NCBI RefSeq assembly: GCF_964355755.1
Contig: NC_092670.1
Coordinates: 2,842,201 to 2,906,200, forward strand
Direction of reading: 5' to 3'
DNA from: Antedon mediterranea
Taxonomy: Eukaryota > Animalia > Echinodermata
Length of the DNA: 64,000 bases
Shown piece by piece: positions 36,605-50,308 of this stretch; the first letter of the stretch is position 1; each line of letters begins with the position of its first letter. The notes under the pieces are model-generated. The model did no database searches. It was not told where the DNA came from and saw nothing but the letters and a program-made list of their open reading frames with translations. Both the position numbers and the translations under genes were made by a program.

Positions 36605-39600
36605 GTTACAGCATTATTTCAACTTTATTATAATATGACTAAAAACAAACGTGCTGGATAATAATTATCTAACACCTATGCTTATATTTTAAAGTTGTAT
36701 TGTCCCCCAAAACATGAAAAATAAAGATGAGAAAAATCAAATTTTGAATAGACCGTTTTGTAGTTATAATAAAGTTATTCACTTTCGCCGAAAAAAAATC
36801 AGAAAAAAATATTGATTTCGCTTATAAAAAATCAAAATAAGTTTACCATTTTTTCGAACTCATAAGCTCAGAAATTCCTAAATAACGATGGTTAGCTAAC
36901 AACTCATAAATATGCATGATATGTTAATGAGCATCCAAACAGGGGAGATCCGATCTGTTATCTTCACCACATAAACAAGCATGTGCGACGAACCATGGAT
37001 TAAAGAATAGAAGGGTATGCATCGACGGTGACATCAAATGATTTTATAACGCGCTTGCCTATACTAAAGCACTGCTGCCAATCAAACAAACACGCTCATT
37101 GAACTCTGTGTCTCTAACCGCGGCCCTCTGTAGAACGCTGCGAATCAACTGTTACATTTTTTTAGACCACAAAAGTAAAAGATTGAACATAAATATAGTC
37201 CTAAGGGAGGGGTAGATGTCTGGGGTGGGGGTAGTTGTCCAGGGGGTAGTTGACCGGGGGTAGTTACCCGGGGGGTAGTTATCCTAAGGGGGTAGTTGTC
37301 CTAAGGGGGTTGTTGTCCGGGGGGTAGTTGTCCGGGGGGTTGTTATCCTAAGGGGGTAGTTGTCCTAAGGGGGTAGTTGTCCGGGGAGTAGTTGTCCGGG
37401 GGGTAGTTGTCCTAAGGGGGTAGTTGTCCGGGTGGTAAACATCCGGGGGTAACTGTCTAGGGGGTAGGTGTCCTAGAACCGTACTGCTAGCCTGGAGTGT
37501 ATACCATTATTCACTAAATCCAGATACTGCAAATGAAATATAATTGTCAGGTACTTTACAATTGCTGTTTCGTTAAAAGAACTTTTAATATTCAAAACTT
37601 GTGGTGGAATGCAGGTATCCGTACAATTAAAGATGTAACTAATTCCAAAGGATCTTTCCTCTCGCAGAATGATCTTGAAACAAAGTATGGAATTGAAAGT
37701 AATTAAAATTTCGTTTGTATGGTGCGATTCTGCATTATCCCAATGAACTGGAAGGTAATTCTCAATGAAAACTAAGAAATACTTAAAAAAGCTGATATTT
37801 ATTGTCATAAAACTGTATTTAAAATTAAAAGAACATGTAATAATTGTATAGTATATCACACTATTGTAGCAAATGTTACAAACGACATCAATGAAGTAAA
37901 TTTGAAATGGTCAAACATGGGCAATTTTGATTTACAAGACTCCTTTTTGTTACTCCATAAGCTACACATTGATGAACAAGGCCAACAGCCATAAGTCGCG
38001 TGCTCTCAGAAAAAAATGAACTTTCAAAAAGTAATGTACTTTAAAACTTTTCTGTATATCAAAACAGTTCAAAAAGTACAGAAAAGCGATAAAACGCATA
38101 GTGATACCGGACCGACAGACAGACCGACATAGTGAACTATTGAGTCGCGTCCACGCGACTAAAAATTAATCAGTAAATATTGTTGAACTTTTAAAGCTGC
38201 CTTATATAAAGCTGTAAAACAAATAATATTTGGAGCATAAATTTGTTTCATTTTTTCTTTTACAATTACCACACTTCCGATTTACCGGTACTAGAAAGAT
38301 TTGTTTATTAGATAAAAAGATCCGTAACAATGAGAGGCCTGTTATTGTACTTTGTACTTCCTTATATTATTCATATTGGAGCAATAATACACTGTGCTAT
38401 TTAAAACTTAAAGATAGAAAACAAGCACCACCAGTTTCTGTATCACTGTTTGTTATTCACGATTTCATTATTTTTTCTCAAGGTGTGTAGGCCTAAAGCA
38501 GAACAATGAATGCTTGCTTTATCAAACTTCCAGTTTGCTTGTAAGCCTTACCAGATCGATTTATTTGTTACGAAAAATATCGATAATAATGTTCTTGTAC
38601 TTTTTATAACTTTATGTTTATGAATATTGTTACTAGCAAGAATACATTGTGGTTTATATAAGTTTAGAATAGATAAACCAGCACTACAAGTTGTTGTATA
38701 ATTTGCAGCTGTATAGCAATTATCAATCACAACTGAATACTAGTTTTAATGTACAAGATTAACTTATTTATAACAAACTGTCGCGACACAACGACATTTC
38801 TTGATTTTAAGCTAAATAGACAGGCATCATTAATTCTTCCCAACGATTTAAAGTAGCACTAAAGAGCAGAATTATTTTTATTTATTAATTACAACATAAC
38901 GTACTCCTAGGTAACTAAAATATAACGAATGTCAATTCCAGGAAGGGATCTGACCCTTCAGCTAATAACAAGCACAGTCTGTAATCGAAGCTTAAATAGG
39001 GTTTCAAGCCAATTTTAACGTAAAACAGACTATTGATACTTACTTTATCCATATACGTCGAGTTTTTGGTAATTCACTGTATGGGATGCAAATCCCACTA
39101 ATGGGAAATTTGTAAACAAACAACTGTTAGAAAACTTCAGTTTTGACGGCTGCACACGAACTTTGGAAAGAAACTGTCACTGACAACAAATCCAACAAAT
39201 TATTCAGAAAATTAGGTGACCTGTGACATCTTAAACATATAAGGAACTGATCTTACCATATATGGTTAATTTTACGCCTATTAATGTTTATTAAACAGCT
39301 ATAAAATGACGTAGCCTATACTTTATACTAATGTTTTCGCGCGAAACGTTGACGCTTCTGTGCCGAGAGAGGGCTTCTAAAATTTATGACGTCATGCGAA
39401 GTCGAAAATTCAGCGATAACGGTCATATTTCCCAACGCGGCTCTCCGACTGTTAAATAATCACTAAACTCAGTTACAGCAGGGAAGAGTTAAATTACAAT
39501 TGTAATTTAACTCTTCCCTGGTTACAGCATTATTTCAACTTTATTATAATATGACTAAAAACAAACGTGCTGGATAATAATTATCTAACACCTATGCTTA

Positions 39601-39909
39601 TATTTTAAAGTTGTATTGTCCCCCAAAACATGAAAAATAAAGATGAGAAAAATCAAATTTTGAATAGACCGTTTTGTAGTTATAATAAAGTTATTCACTT
39701 TCGCCGAAAAAAAATCCGAAAAAAATATTGATTTCGCTTATAAAAAATCAAAATAAGCTTACCATTTTTTCGAACTCATAAGCTCAGAAATTCCTAAATA
39801 ACGATGGTTAGCTAACAACTCATAAATATGCATGATATGTTAATGAGCATCCAAACAGGGGAGATCCGATCTGTTATCTTCACCACATAAACAAGCATGT
39901 GCGACGAAC

Positions 39910-41543
39910 CATGGATTAAAGAATAGAAGGGTATGCATCGACGGTGACATCAAATGATTTTATAACGCGCTTGCCTATACTAAAGCACTGCTGCCAATCA
40001 AACAAACACGCTCATTGAACTCCGTGTCTCTAACCGCGGCCCTCTGTAGAACGCTGCGAATCAACTGTTACATTTTTTTAGACCAAAACGTAACCATGTA
40101 GAAATCGTATGCGAAGTCTGAATGTTCTATTGACATGTCTGCGTCGATGATTAATTGACAACAAAAATATATTGCTGAACAATTCTGTTTTAGTTTCATC
40201 ACAATCGGACTACGAAAAGTTCACTTTCTTACGACTGGTAATTTTAAGTAGTTGGTAATATTAATAAAATATGCAATTTTTATATTTGAATTATTATTAT
40301 TTGCCTGCCATCTTCTGTCATTAAAATTGCGTTAATCTATAGAATATTAAATTATGCATTTGACCATGTATGATGTTAGCGTGGCCGGTGTTCACACATA
40401 CAACAATCGTGTTTTTAATATATGGCTAAGCAGTGGTTTCTTCATAAATCTCCTTAATTATCGATGTGATTATATTTAAATTGTAGTGCCTGGTGATTGG
40501 CTAATGGTTATGTCATCCACATCACATCCAATCACCGGGCCTAATTGAATGAAAACAGCGATCCCAGATCCGGGATTGGCTGGCTATGTATAGTTGCGAT
40601 ACGTTACCTAGCGGTCGTTTTGAAAAGTAAACGCAGGGCAAACTTAATCACGAACAAACGAAGTACCTATTATTATTCACACAAGAAGTAAGACAACGGT
40701 GAGTATATAGATCATGATTACGCATTGTATCTACTACACTTAAGATTAGCCTAGGCCTACCTAGGCAGTATCAATGTCGGCAAATCATATGGTTTACTAG
40801 TAAGCCTAGAAGGCCTACTATCCTTGCTGATTTTGTAATTTTACATGTAGGCGCGCTGAGACAACAACTAGTTATTGTCTCATAAAATGCTACTTTAATG
40901 TCATAAAAACATTAGCGTAGATCAATCGCGGCAGAAACCTATACTAATTACAATTATAGCATCTACAATTCTAAGCCAATAACAATATAGTATTGTTTTT
41001 ATCTGGTATATTGATGAAGTAGACCTACACTAGGGTCTTCACAATAACATACAATGTAATTTAATAACTGTTTTCAATAAACATTATACTCAGTGGCGTG
41101 AGGCAGAGGCCTGAAGCCACTTGTTTAGGAAACCTAAGTGGCCCTCCAAGTTTCAAAGATCGAGGCCTCGGACGTTTTTAGCATTTTCGACATATTTTAT
41201 GCCTGTTCCTCTGGGCACTGCTCATGGGCCCCAAGCTTCAGGGCCCCTGGGTTTAGCCAGTGAGCGCACATAGCCGTTACGCCACTGATTATACTGTTCA
41301 AATATGTATTGTTGCTAGCGCTAAAAACATCATGCCACCAAAGAACGCGCGAAAGAAGCGTAGCCAACAAGGTTAAATGTCGTTGCACATGTACAGTAAA
41401 CAATATATTGGGCACGCGACCGTTTCGATGTTACCATGCGGTTAATTAAACTGTAACATTGTGGGCGGTTCGCGGTCTGTCGGCGAGAGTCAAGGAACCC
41501 TTGATCTCACGTCGATGCATATCCATCTATTCTTTAATCCATG
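39910..41543. mobile_element. P-superfamily-like non-autonomous element inside the Kolobok
   Basis: TIR of about 40 bp CATGGATTAAAGAATAGA / TCTATTCTTTAATCCATG. 7-bp TSD GACGAAC. Empty site visible in the paralogue near 63938-63944. Confidence 0.85.
41091..41287. mobile_element. hAT MITE nested in the P-like element
   Basis: CAGTGGCGT / ACGCCACTG termini. 8-bp TSD ATTATACT. Confidence 0.9.
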
Positions 41544-44479
41544 GACGAACAGAAGAAAGTGCTGGGGTTTCCCTGATCGTATGATGTAAAAAGCTCTGCC
41601 GTTAATTTGCTGGTAACGTAAGTAGAATTTTATTTTAGATGAATGAGACATCCTCCTATAATAGTTATATATCGCAAACTAGACGTTTTTGCCGTATAGT
41701 TATAGGCTTGGCTATCTAGGCTAGGGCTATAATATAAGCCTACTATCTAGGGCCTAGTTAGTAGTTTACTACTGTGTAGTGTAGCAGCTGTAGGCAGGCA
41801 GATATCGGGTAAGAAAAGTAGACGGGAACCCACTTTGAGGCCTAGCTAGGTCCTATATATCGTACTCACCTAGCTAGGTCATCACTCCACAACTAGCTAC
41901 AGGAAATAGGCCTACTATGTTACTGTACCATTGATATTACATTTGGAGCTCGAATTAATTTTAAAGTCTAAAAAAAGAGTAACTTATGACAAAAAAAAAA
42001 CATTTGGAAAATGATCAGGATACAGTACCAAAGAAGTTGACGGTAGAATAGATTGTTGTTGATAGCAACCAAAACACTAGTAATTAGACTAGGCCTTTTT
42101 GAGGGAGGAGATGCACTTTTCATGAATTCCTTACTGTACATTAGTAGTACCCCAAATTGAAAACTTCAGATTCATGTACAGAAATAATAATTATATGTAT
42201 GCAATAAATTGTGAAATATTTAACTTTTTTTTTTGAATTTTGTATTTATACATCATTGTTTTTAAATTTATAGACTTAAGCTAATGAAGACTGGAACAGA
42301 GGGTACATCAATTCTGCATAAAGGCAACTGGCGGTAGACTCGGTAATAGAACACAAGATAAATATTGGATGACTATCATAAAGCATTCGGCAAATGTGTT
42401 GGTTGTTTTCCAGCTTTTAAAATGTTGTATAGTTTACATAATTAGAGCAATAACATTTGAAATTATTTTGCAAACATAGCATTAAATAAATAAAAATACT
42501 ACTACAGTACATGAGATAAAATCTCCATAATTTTAATGTGTGAAGATTTACAGTACAGTACAGTAAAAAAAATGAGTTAATTACTAGTACAGTATATTTC
42601 ATTGAATTTCTGCATTATTGTTGACAATTTATTAACTATTAATTGATGTGTTGATTGTGGCATTACAGCAATAGCTTGTCTTCTGTGATTGTTCATCCAT
42701 TTTAAAGTGTCATAGTAAGAAACGTTCAAATAAATATTGTGAATGTTGCTACCACATTTTGTGTTGATTTCTTCACCATTTTCCACTACTTGCTCATATT
42801 GTTCATTCAATTAGTGTGTTAATACCTATTAAAAGAAAGACATTTTTTATTAAAATATCTACATAAAAAGAAGAATTTTCAACATAACAGTACTAAGTAC
42901 TGTAAAGTACACATTCCAAAAAATATTGAACTTAGATTATTTGGTCATTTTCTGTAAAAGAAAAAAAAAATTACATTATTGGATGTACAGTATAGGCCTA
43001 GTTACAATTTTCACAAATTTATATTAGCATTAAAATGTAATTAATCATGAAGGAAAAACCAAGCACCATAATCTCTCCTGGCCCTGGTGGTGACCTTATT
43101 TTTTTATTTTTGGCAGCCATTCACAAGTTTTAGCTTTTTGGGTATCGCTGCTCGTAAGTTATGTATAATTTTTTTAAATCACAAACTCTACATAGAAAAG
43201 AAAATTTAATGTTTTAAAATGAATGAAAAGTGATATGAATAATGATGAAGGACTATTATTATAGTATTATACTAAAAATAAGACGAGGTGGTGGTGTCAA
43301 AATTCACACTACTAAAACCTTATTCTTTACTCCATGCTCACAGATAATAACTATTAATAAGGCCTACAAGTTAGATCTATTAGTATTAGCTAGGCCTACT
43401 ACTCACTCAGGCCTACAAGTACAACTAGTACTACTAGCAGACTAGCTACTACTAGGCCTAGGCCTACTCTATGCCAGTACAGCTGTACTGGGCTAACTAG
43501 GCTTCCTATACTAACTAACAAAACTGCACTATAGAAACTACAGTTCTTACTTACCAATCTGCTAGGGCCTAGCCATAGTATTTTTTTCAAGATAGGAGTT
43601 GTTTTTTTGTTGTTAAACTACAGAACTTTCCCACAACGTCGTCTCGCCATATCACGTCGTATTTTTTTGATATGACCTAGAGGTCACATACACGCACAAG
43701 AATCATACAATATGCATAATTCATAAGCTAATTCAGGTCAAGGGTTAAATTAAACCGGAAGCCAGCTGGCTGCCAGCCAACCGACTTCCGGTTGACTATT
43801 TATTACTTTACCTTAAGATTTTCTCAGGTAAATAATTTTTTTTTTCGATCAAATTTTATTTCAAAGTGAATAACTTTATGTATCATTAAAATGGCCTATT
43901 CAACAAAAATATTTTTTAAAATTATTTGTTCAGGGGGACAATACATCTTTAATTAAATAAATTATTAAGCCTAACCATTGTTATATATGCATTTTACAAA
44001 TATTAATACTAATAGTCAATATTTTTCATAAACATGACCATACATATTAACAACTAAAACATGCGGTAACCATGACAACAGAAGTTCAACATAAACAATA
44101 CCATATTGTAAGAATTATATATAAAAATACCGCTCGTGTATTGGGTATAGAGGACGTACTTCATCCATGGTATAATCACGTTACGTTATACATCTAAGTA
44201 GTAGACAACGTGTAGAGCGACAGGGATGTAGTCATACTATTCTAGTTCTATTTTGTCTATTTTCTGACCACTTTTTACCTTGATAAGACTTCTATAGATT
44301 TATACATATATAAAGATTACAAGATTACTACAGCAAGTAATATTTAAATGTGTCAAACAAACATTGAAATATTAAATAAGTTTTTTGCACGTTTTAGTTC
44401 AATAAGGCACAGGACAAGAGAGCTGGATCTGCAAATACACACCCATTGGTAATTGTTGAAGTTTGGATTGGTTATGCAA

Positions 44480-44930
44480 ACTATTCTCCAACTTCCTTAC
44501 ACTACTCCTAATTCCCGTCAACTTTTTTAACACCATTTCTACTCCCTACTGATTCTGACTATCAAACGGACTGTCTTGCCAATCTCGCCCAAACTAACAT
44601 CTACCGTGGGCCAGAATTACTGCCAATGGTAGAATGTCTACCCGGCAACTTTCCAGGTGTGATCTCGTTGTTGCAAGACCTCAATGTGAACTTTTTAAAC
44701 ATTCTTTTAATTATAAAGGACCTAAATATTTTAACTCTTTAGACGTTTCAATTAGAAATTGCAATACTTTTTTAAATTTTAAAAGTAAATTAAAGAATGT
44801 TATGCTTAACAATGACACATTTTAAATTTTAAATCTTCCTAACCTTTTTACATTTTTGCCTTTAAATATATTTTTACTTGTAATGTTTTTATGTCGCTTG
44901 TATTGTTGAGGGCCTCTCAAAATCAGCTTC
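44480..44930 (+). mobile_element. 3' fragment of a CR1/L2-group LINE
   Basis: ORF 44634-44825: STRQ..FKHSFNYKGPKYFNSL..IRNC..FKSKLK. Confidence 0.75.
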
Positions 44931-46819
44931 CGTAATATCGAGTTTTAAAAATTAACGAGCGCCATACCTTTTAAAATTTACATCAACTACACCCATTGGT
45001 ATATGTTGAAGATTGGATTAGTCGTACCACCATTTGCATTTCGTTTATTCGACTGACCCAAAAAGTACTCCCCGTCTCGTTCAAAAAATGTTATATCATA
45101 ACATTCGTGTGATGGTATCGCTCCGTAACTTACGAACATACTCCCTTCTAATTTAAATATTGGTGATGACGTAGTATAGAGTTCAAATCGTCATCAGCAT
45201 CACGTGATTCCGTTCTGCTTGTGGTTATTATCATAAACACTTCTCCGCCAACCTGTAAATAAAGAATAATATACTTAAAGATGCGCTTTAATACAAACAT
45301 GCTAATTGCTAAAACCCCAAAAAAACAACTCGAAAGATTGGTTGATTCGCATACATTTTGATATCAATTTAGGTTTGTTTCATTAGTGTACCTGCAGCAC
45401 TCTTTTTTTTTGCCAGACTTTTCAATTTAAAAAGCAATATCAATCAAAATTGGCCACCTCCCAATTTCTGTTTTGTAAAGACGATACACACTCAAGTGTG
45501 TGTAGCGTACTTGAACTTAACTGGAAAATTATTACTTTTATGAACCAAAAATTGGTATAAATATGTAGGTATGCATGGGTGTATGTATGTATTGTGTATG
45601 TATTTTTTGGTTCAACATAGAAGTAAAAATATTCCAGTTAATTATAATTGGAACCAGATGAATTTATTTAATACTTAATATACTTACTTTGGAAATGGTA
45701 GATTTGTACGAACAATGCTCCACAGGAATAGGTTGATGAATTTTACATTCATTAGTCGAATTGTCCCATATGTACACTATTGTGTTCTGTACACAGTTAT
45801 CCTGATTCACAACTACTAAGTAAGTATCTCCGTTATTTGTAAATGTGTCGATTCCCGTTAAGCCAGCGTCCCATTCGTCTAGTGAGTGTTAAATTTAAAT
45901 TAATTGTTACAAATGTTCATTGAATGAAGATAAATATTTATATAAGATATTATTGTCCCCCTGAAAATTGTTGAATAATCTATTTTAATGTGACATAACA
46001 GTTTAAAAAAAAAAAATATTATATCCACTTATTTTCCTACTAGAAAAACCTGAAATTAAAGGAAAAAAATTAAATGACTTTTTGGTTAAATTTAATAATT
46101 TATTTTGTCTTTTTATAATAATAGTAATACTAATAATTTATGATTTGTTTATTTGTCTATTTTCTGTCCGGTTTAATATGGGTATATAGATTATATATAT
46201 ATGTTTAATTATTTGCTTTTCTGTTTAGTATTTCCTTTATTTTTTATTTTGCTTCAGTTTTCATTTTATTCTCTATTGTACATATGCATAATATTACCCT
46301 TATTGAATAAAAGATATGTTGACTTGAAAAGGCCATATGACGACATTTACTTATTATTGTTATAAAAAAATGCTAACGATAAGACATTGACGGATGATGT
46401 ACACTAATGTTTAGAGATATGACCTATACTTTATGCTAATGTTTTCGAGCGAAACATTAACGCTTTTGTGTATGTATGTATGTATAATATATTATATGTA
46501 TAAAAGTTTAAAGTATGTACAGTATGTATATGTATGTCATGCGAAGTCCACAATTTCTCAATAACGGTCATAATTCCCAACGCGGCTCTCCGATTGAGTT
46601 AACTACTATTTCCAATTCAAATTTATTGAATTTTGAACAAGTCCATATCAAGAGAAACAAACAATAGTACAAATAAAATTACAAATAAACAGTTACATAA
46701 AGAGATTCGACTGCAGAAGGGAGAGTTACAAGTTTGCAACAATCAAGGTATGGAAGCAGAGATTATATGCATATAGTATTAGTAGTTTGGGCCCATTTCC
46801 TGATAATAAGAGGCCTATT

Positions 46820-48445
46820 TTTAGGTTATATGCATGATATGCATATAACCTCTTGATTCTGTCAAAATCTTTATTTATTTATTAGGTTATATGCATGATA
46901 TGCATATAACCTCTTGATTCTGTCAAAATCTTTATTTATTTATTTATTTATTTATTAGGTTATATGCATTATCATGCATATAACCTCTTGATTCTGTCAA
47001 AATCTTCATTTATTTATTTATTCTTTCCTTAGCACTATTTTGTCCGTGAATTATCTTGATATCAGTTTCATCTATCTAAGTCAAGTTTTCAGAGTATATT
47101 CCTCATGGCCAGGAATCGATGTGGTTATATTTTCACGATGCGTAATCAAAAATTACGCGGTCTACGCGCGATTTTACGAAATCACGTTTGTAATCATATC
47201 TTCACAAGCATGAATCACAATTAATAATTAATAAATTTAGTACTCATAAATTTCAGGTCATATTTCATCATATGGCAATAAAATTACGTGCGTAGCGCAT
47301 ATAACGCTTGCGTACGCGCGCTTAAAATGTTCAAAATTGTCAAAATTTATTTTCGATGAAATTAGAATACGTTTCAGGCAATTTTAAGCGTTTAAAAAAT
47401 TGCCATGAGTGCGCAGATTTTTGCACGCGCACTGCGCGTTAAACGTTAATGCGCACTCTTTTTGCCCGATTTCTGTTTTACAATCTTTCTTTAATAATAT
47501 CATCATATTTGATTCAGGTTTCAAATCGAAATTGCGTTATACGAGCACGTCAAAAGTGACTGGCTACGCACGTATAAGTTAACAAAATGGTGAAAATATG
47601 CTAAATTTTAAAATTAATATATATCGTCAGAATGCAGAGGAACACCTATTTTTTATTTCATTTTCTTGAAGTGTATGTATCATATGTATGATTTATTATC
47701 AAATAAAGAGAACAAAAGTTGATTAAGTCATCATTAATTGCATATTCAATTTAAAAAAAAATAATTTCGACAATCAAACAAATTATGACATTTTCTTAGG
47801 CCAAAATACCAAACTTAATTAACATTAACTTTCTTTCTTAAGAAGTTCATATATTAAAGTTAAAAGTATATAGTTTGACAGTGCATCATTTTTTTACATT
47901 TTTAAAGATGTCATCATAGTAAAAAATTATAATTCATTGCGGTATGTAATAATCTATTTGCACCAAAGTGGTTACTGCATAGTAAATACACGGAGGAATT
48001 TTTCTACAATTTTTAGTTAGTTGTGTTTGGCTCGATGGTCTGTGCTCGTGTCTATGGCATTCAAGGTACCGAGATCGAGTCTCACCTTGGGAAACGAAAT
48101 AAGATTTTTTTTTATTATCCGTATTGTTTGTTCAAATTTATTTCTTAGTGTATTATATAGATTATACACATGATTTATAATGAAATCTAGATAAAAAGTA
48201 ACTTATGTCTTTATTATTATGTAACAACAAATGTGGTTTATGACATTATACGCAGAGGGATCTTTGATCGGATTGTGATACCGGCTATTGTATTCGCGTT
48301 AGCAAGGTCCTCTCTATCATATATTATAAATAATTAAAGAATCTGAGAAAATCAATCAATCAAAATATCTTTTACAAATCAATTATCTTTATTTAAATCA
48401 ATGCATATAACCTATAATTCGTCATAGTGACGAATTAAATCTAGT
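46820..48445 (+). mobile_element. HINE copy 2, with a triplicated 5' head
   Basis: Colinear with 5227-6736. The head unit occurs at about 46820, 46880 and 46953. Confidence 0.9.
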
Positions 48446-48997
48446 TAATGTTTTTATCTTATACACAAATTGTTATATCTCGTTTTCATTTCCCAAAGAA
48501 CAGATTATGGTAGTATAGTCTCTGTATTGATTTCAGTAGTATAGTCTGTAATAATTATATAATCTTTATATTAAATAAAAACAAATCTCATTTGAAAGTT
48601 ACAAACCGATAGCATGCGTCCGATATTGAATGTTGTCAATTGCGATGTCACCCCTACGGTAAACTACTTTTCCCAATAGCCTTCAAACACAATGTAATTT
48701 TTTCCATAACCGTTGTGCGCAAATTGTGCTACTACGGCATTTCGCCACCGATCTCCTTGGTTACCACTTTTTTTCCATAACAGTTCGTCCCCCAAATCCG
48801 ATTTTCTGTAAACCGTGAGTGATCCAACTTCATGTCCGTACATGTGATAGTAGAATGATAAAGATACATGTTGCCCTGGTGGTAACAATTGACTTCTCAT
48901 GCGAGCTGACTTCTAGTTACTTGTAGATATTGTTTTAATGTAAACATAATGATCACCTGTACGTGGAAATAAACAAGCAGTTAGTAATTAAATTTAA

Positions 48998-50308
48998 TTA
49001 GGCTATATATTATCATGCATATAACCTTATTGATTCTGTCAAAAATCTTTATTTCTTTATTTTATTCTTTCCTTAGCACTGTTTTGTCCGTCAATATTAT
49101 CTTGAGACCAATTACATCTAGCTACGTCAATTTTTCAGAGTATATTCCTTATATCCAGGAATCGCGTCGATGTGGATATCCTTTCATGGTGCGCAATAAA
49201 AAAGGTATACGCGTGATTTAATGAAATCACGTTTGCAATCATATGTATTATAATTAAACCAAATTTGGTAAATTTCAGATCATATTTCATCATATGAAAA
49301 TGCAAATACGTGCGTAGCGCATATAACGCGTGCGTACGTGCGCTTACAATTTAAAAAAATGAGTGAGTAGTGAGTACATTTCAGGCAATTTTAAGCGTTT
49401 AAAAATTGCCATGAGTGCGCAGAATTTTGCACTGCGCGTTAAACTATACTGCGGTACTCTTTTTGCCTGATTTCTGTTTTACAAACTTTCTTTAGCAATT
49501 TCATCATATTTTATTCACTTTTCAATTTAAAACCACGTTATACAAGCACGTTAAAGTGACCGGCTTCGCACAAAATGGTGAAAATATGCTATATTTTAAA
49601 ATGAATATAGATCGTCAGAATGCTCGGGAAACCCTATTTTTCATTTTTTAAAGGTATATGTATCATATATGCATGGAAGATTTATTATGAAATTAAGAGA
49701 AAAAAAAGTTGATTACGTCATCATTGCATATTAAATTTAAAAAAAATTAATACAATCAAACAAACTATGACATTTTCTTTGGCCGAAATAACAAACTTAA
49801 CATTAACTTCTTTAAAATGTTTATATATTGAAGTTAAAAGCCAAAAGGGTTACTGCATAGTAAACACACGGAGGAATCTTTCTTCAACTTTAGTCAGTTG
49901 TGTATGGCTCGGTGGTCTGTGCTCGCGTCTATAGCAATCAAGGTACCCAGATCGAGTCTCACCTTGGGAAACGATATAAGATTTTTTTTATATCCGTATT
50001 GTTTGTTCAATTTCATTTCTTAGTGTTAGATTAATTTACGAATGATTTATGATGAAAAGGTAAAAAAAATGACTTAGGTCTTTATAATTATGTAACAAGG
50101 GTTGTTTATATTATACGCGGAGAGATCTTTGATCGGATAGTGATACCGGCTATTGTATTTGCGTTAGCAAGATCCTATCTTCATAGGCCTATATTATAAA
50201 TAATTAAAGATTCTGACAAAATCAATATATATATTTAAAAAATGAATTTAATTATTAAAATCAATGCATATAACCTAAAATTCGTCATAGTGACGAATTA
50301 AATCTAGT
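48998..50308 (+). mobile_element. HINE copy 3, more diverged
   Basis: Colinear with copies 1 and 2, with many indels. Same 3' hairpin and CTAG end. Confidence 0.88.

Larger units (their letters stand above)
34247..40085 (+). repeat. Tandem duplication of a unit of about 2.92 kb (34247-37169 and 37169-40085)
   Basis: Near-identical copies, also visible as duplicated ORFs in the track. A few substitutions, a 13-bp insertion and a GACC-microsatellite length difference. Confidence 0.95.
39609..43948. mobile_element. Kolobok-type DNA transposon, decayed, with nested insertions (truncated duplicate at 36693-37169)
   Basis: TTAA TSD. TIR AGTTGTATTGTCCCCC / GGGGGACAATACATCT. Weak remnants of convergent ORFs (SA*RQ..GRLG near 42300-42350 on +; exon-like 42600-42825 on -). 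Confidence 0.8.

Noticed and set aside
34553-38730. Pairs of duplicated ORFs (128, 86 and 60 aa)
   Set aside because: Products of the 2.9-kb tandem duplication. The 128-aa ORF is antisense to decayed L1/Tx1 sequence, and none shows domain features.
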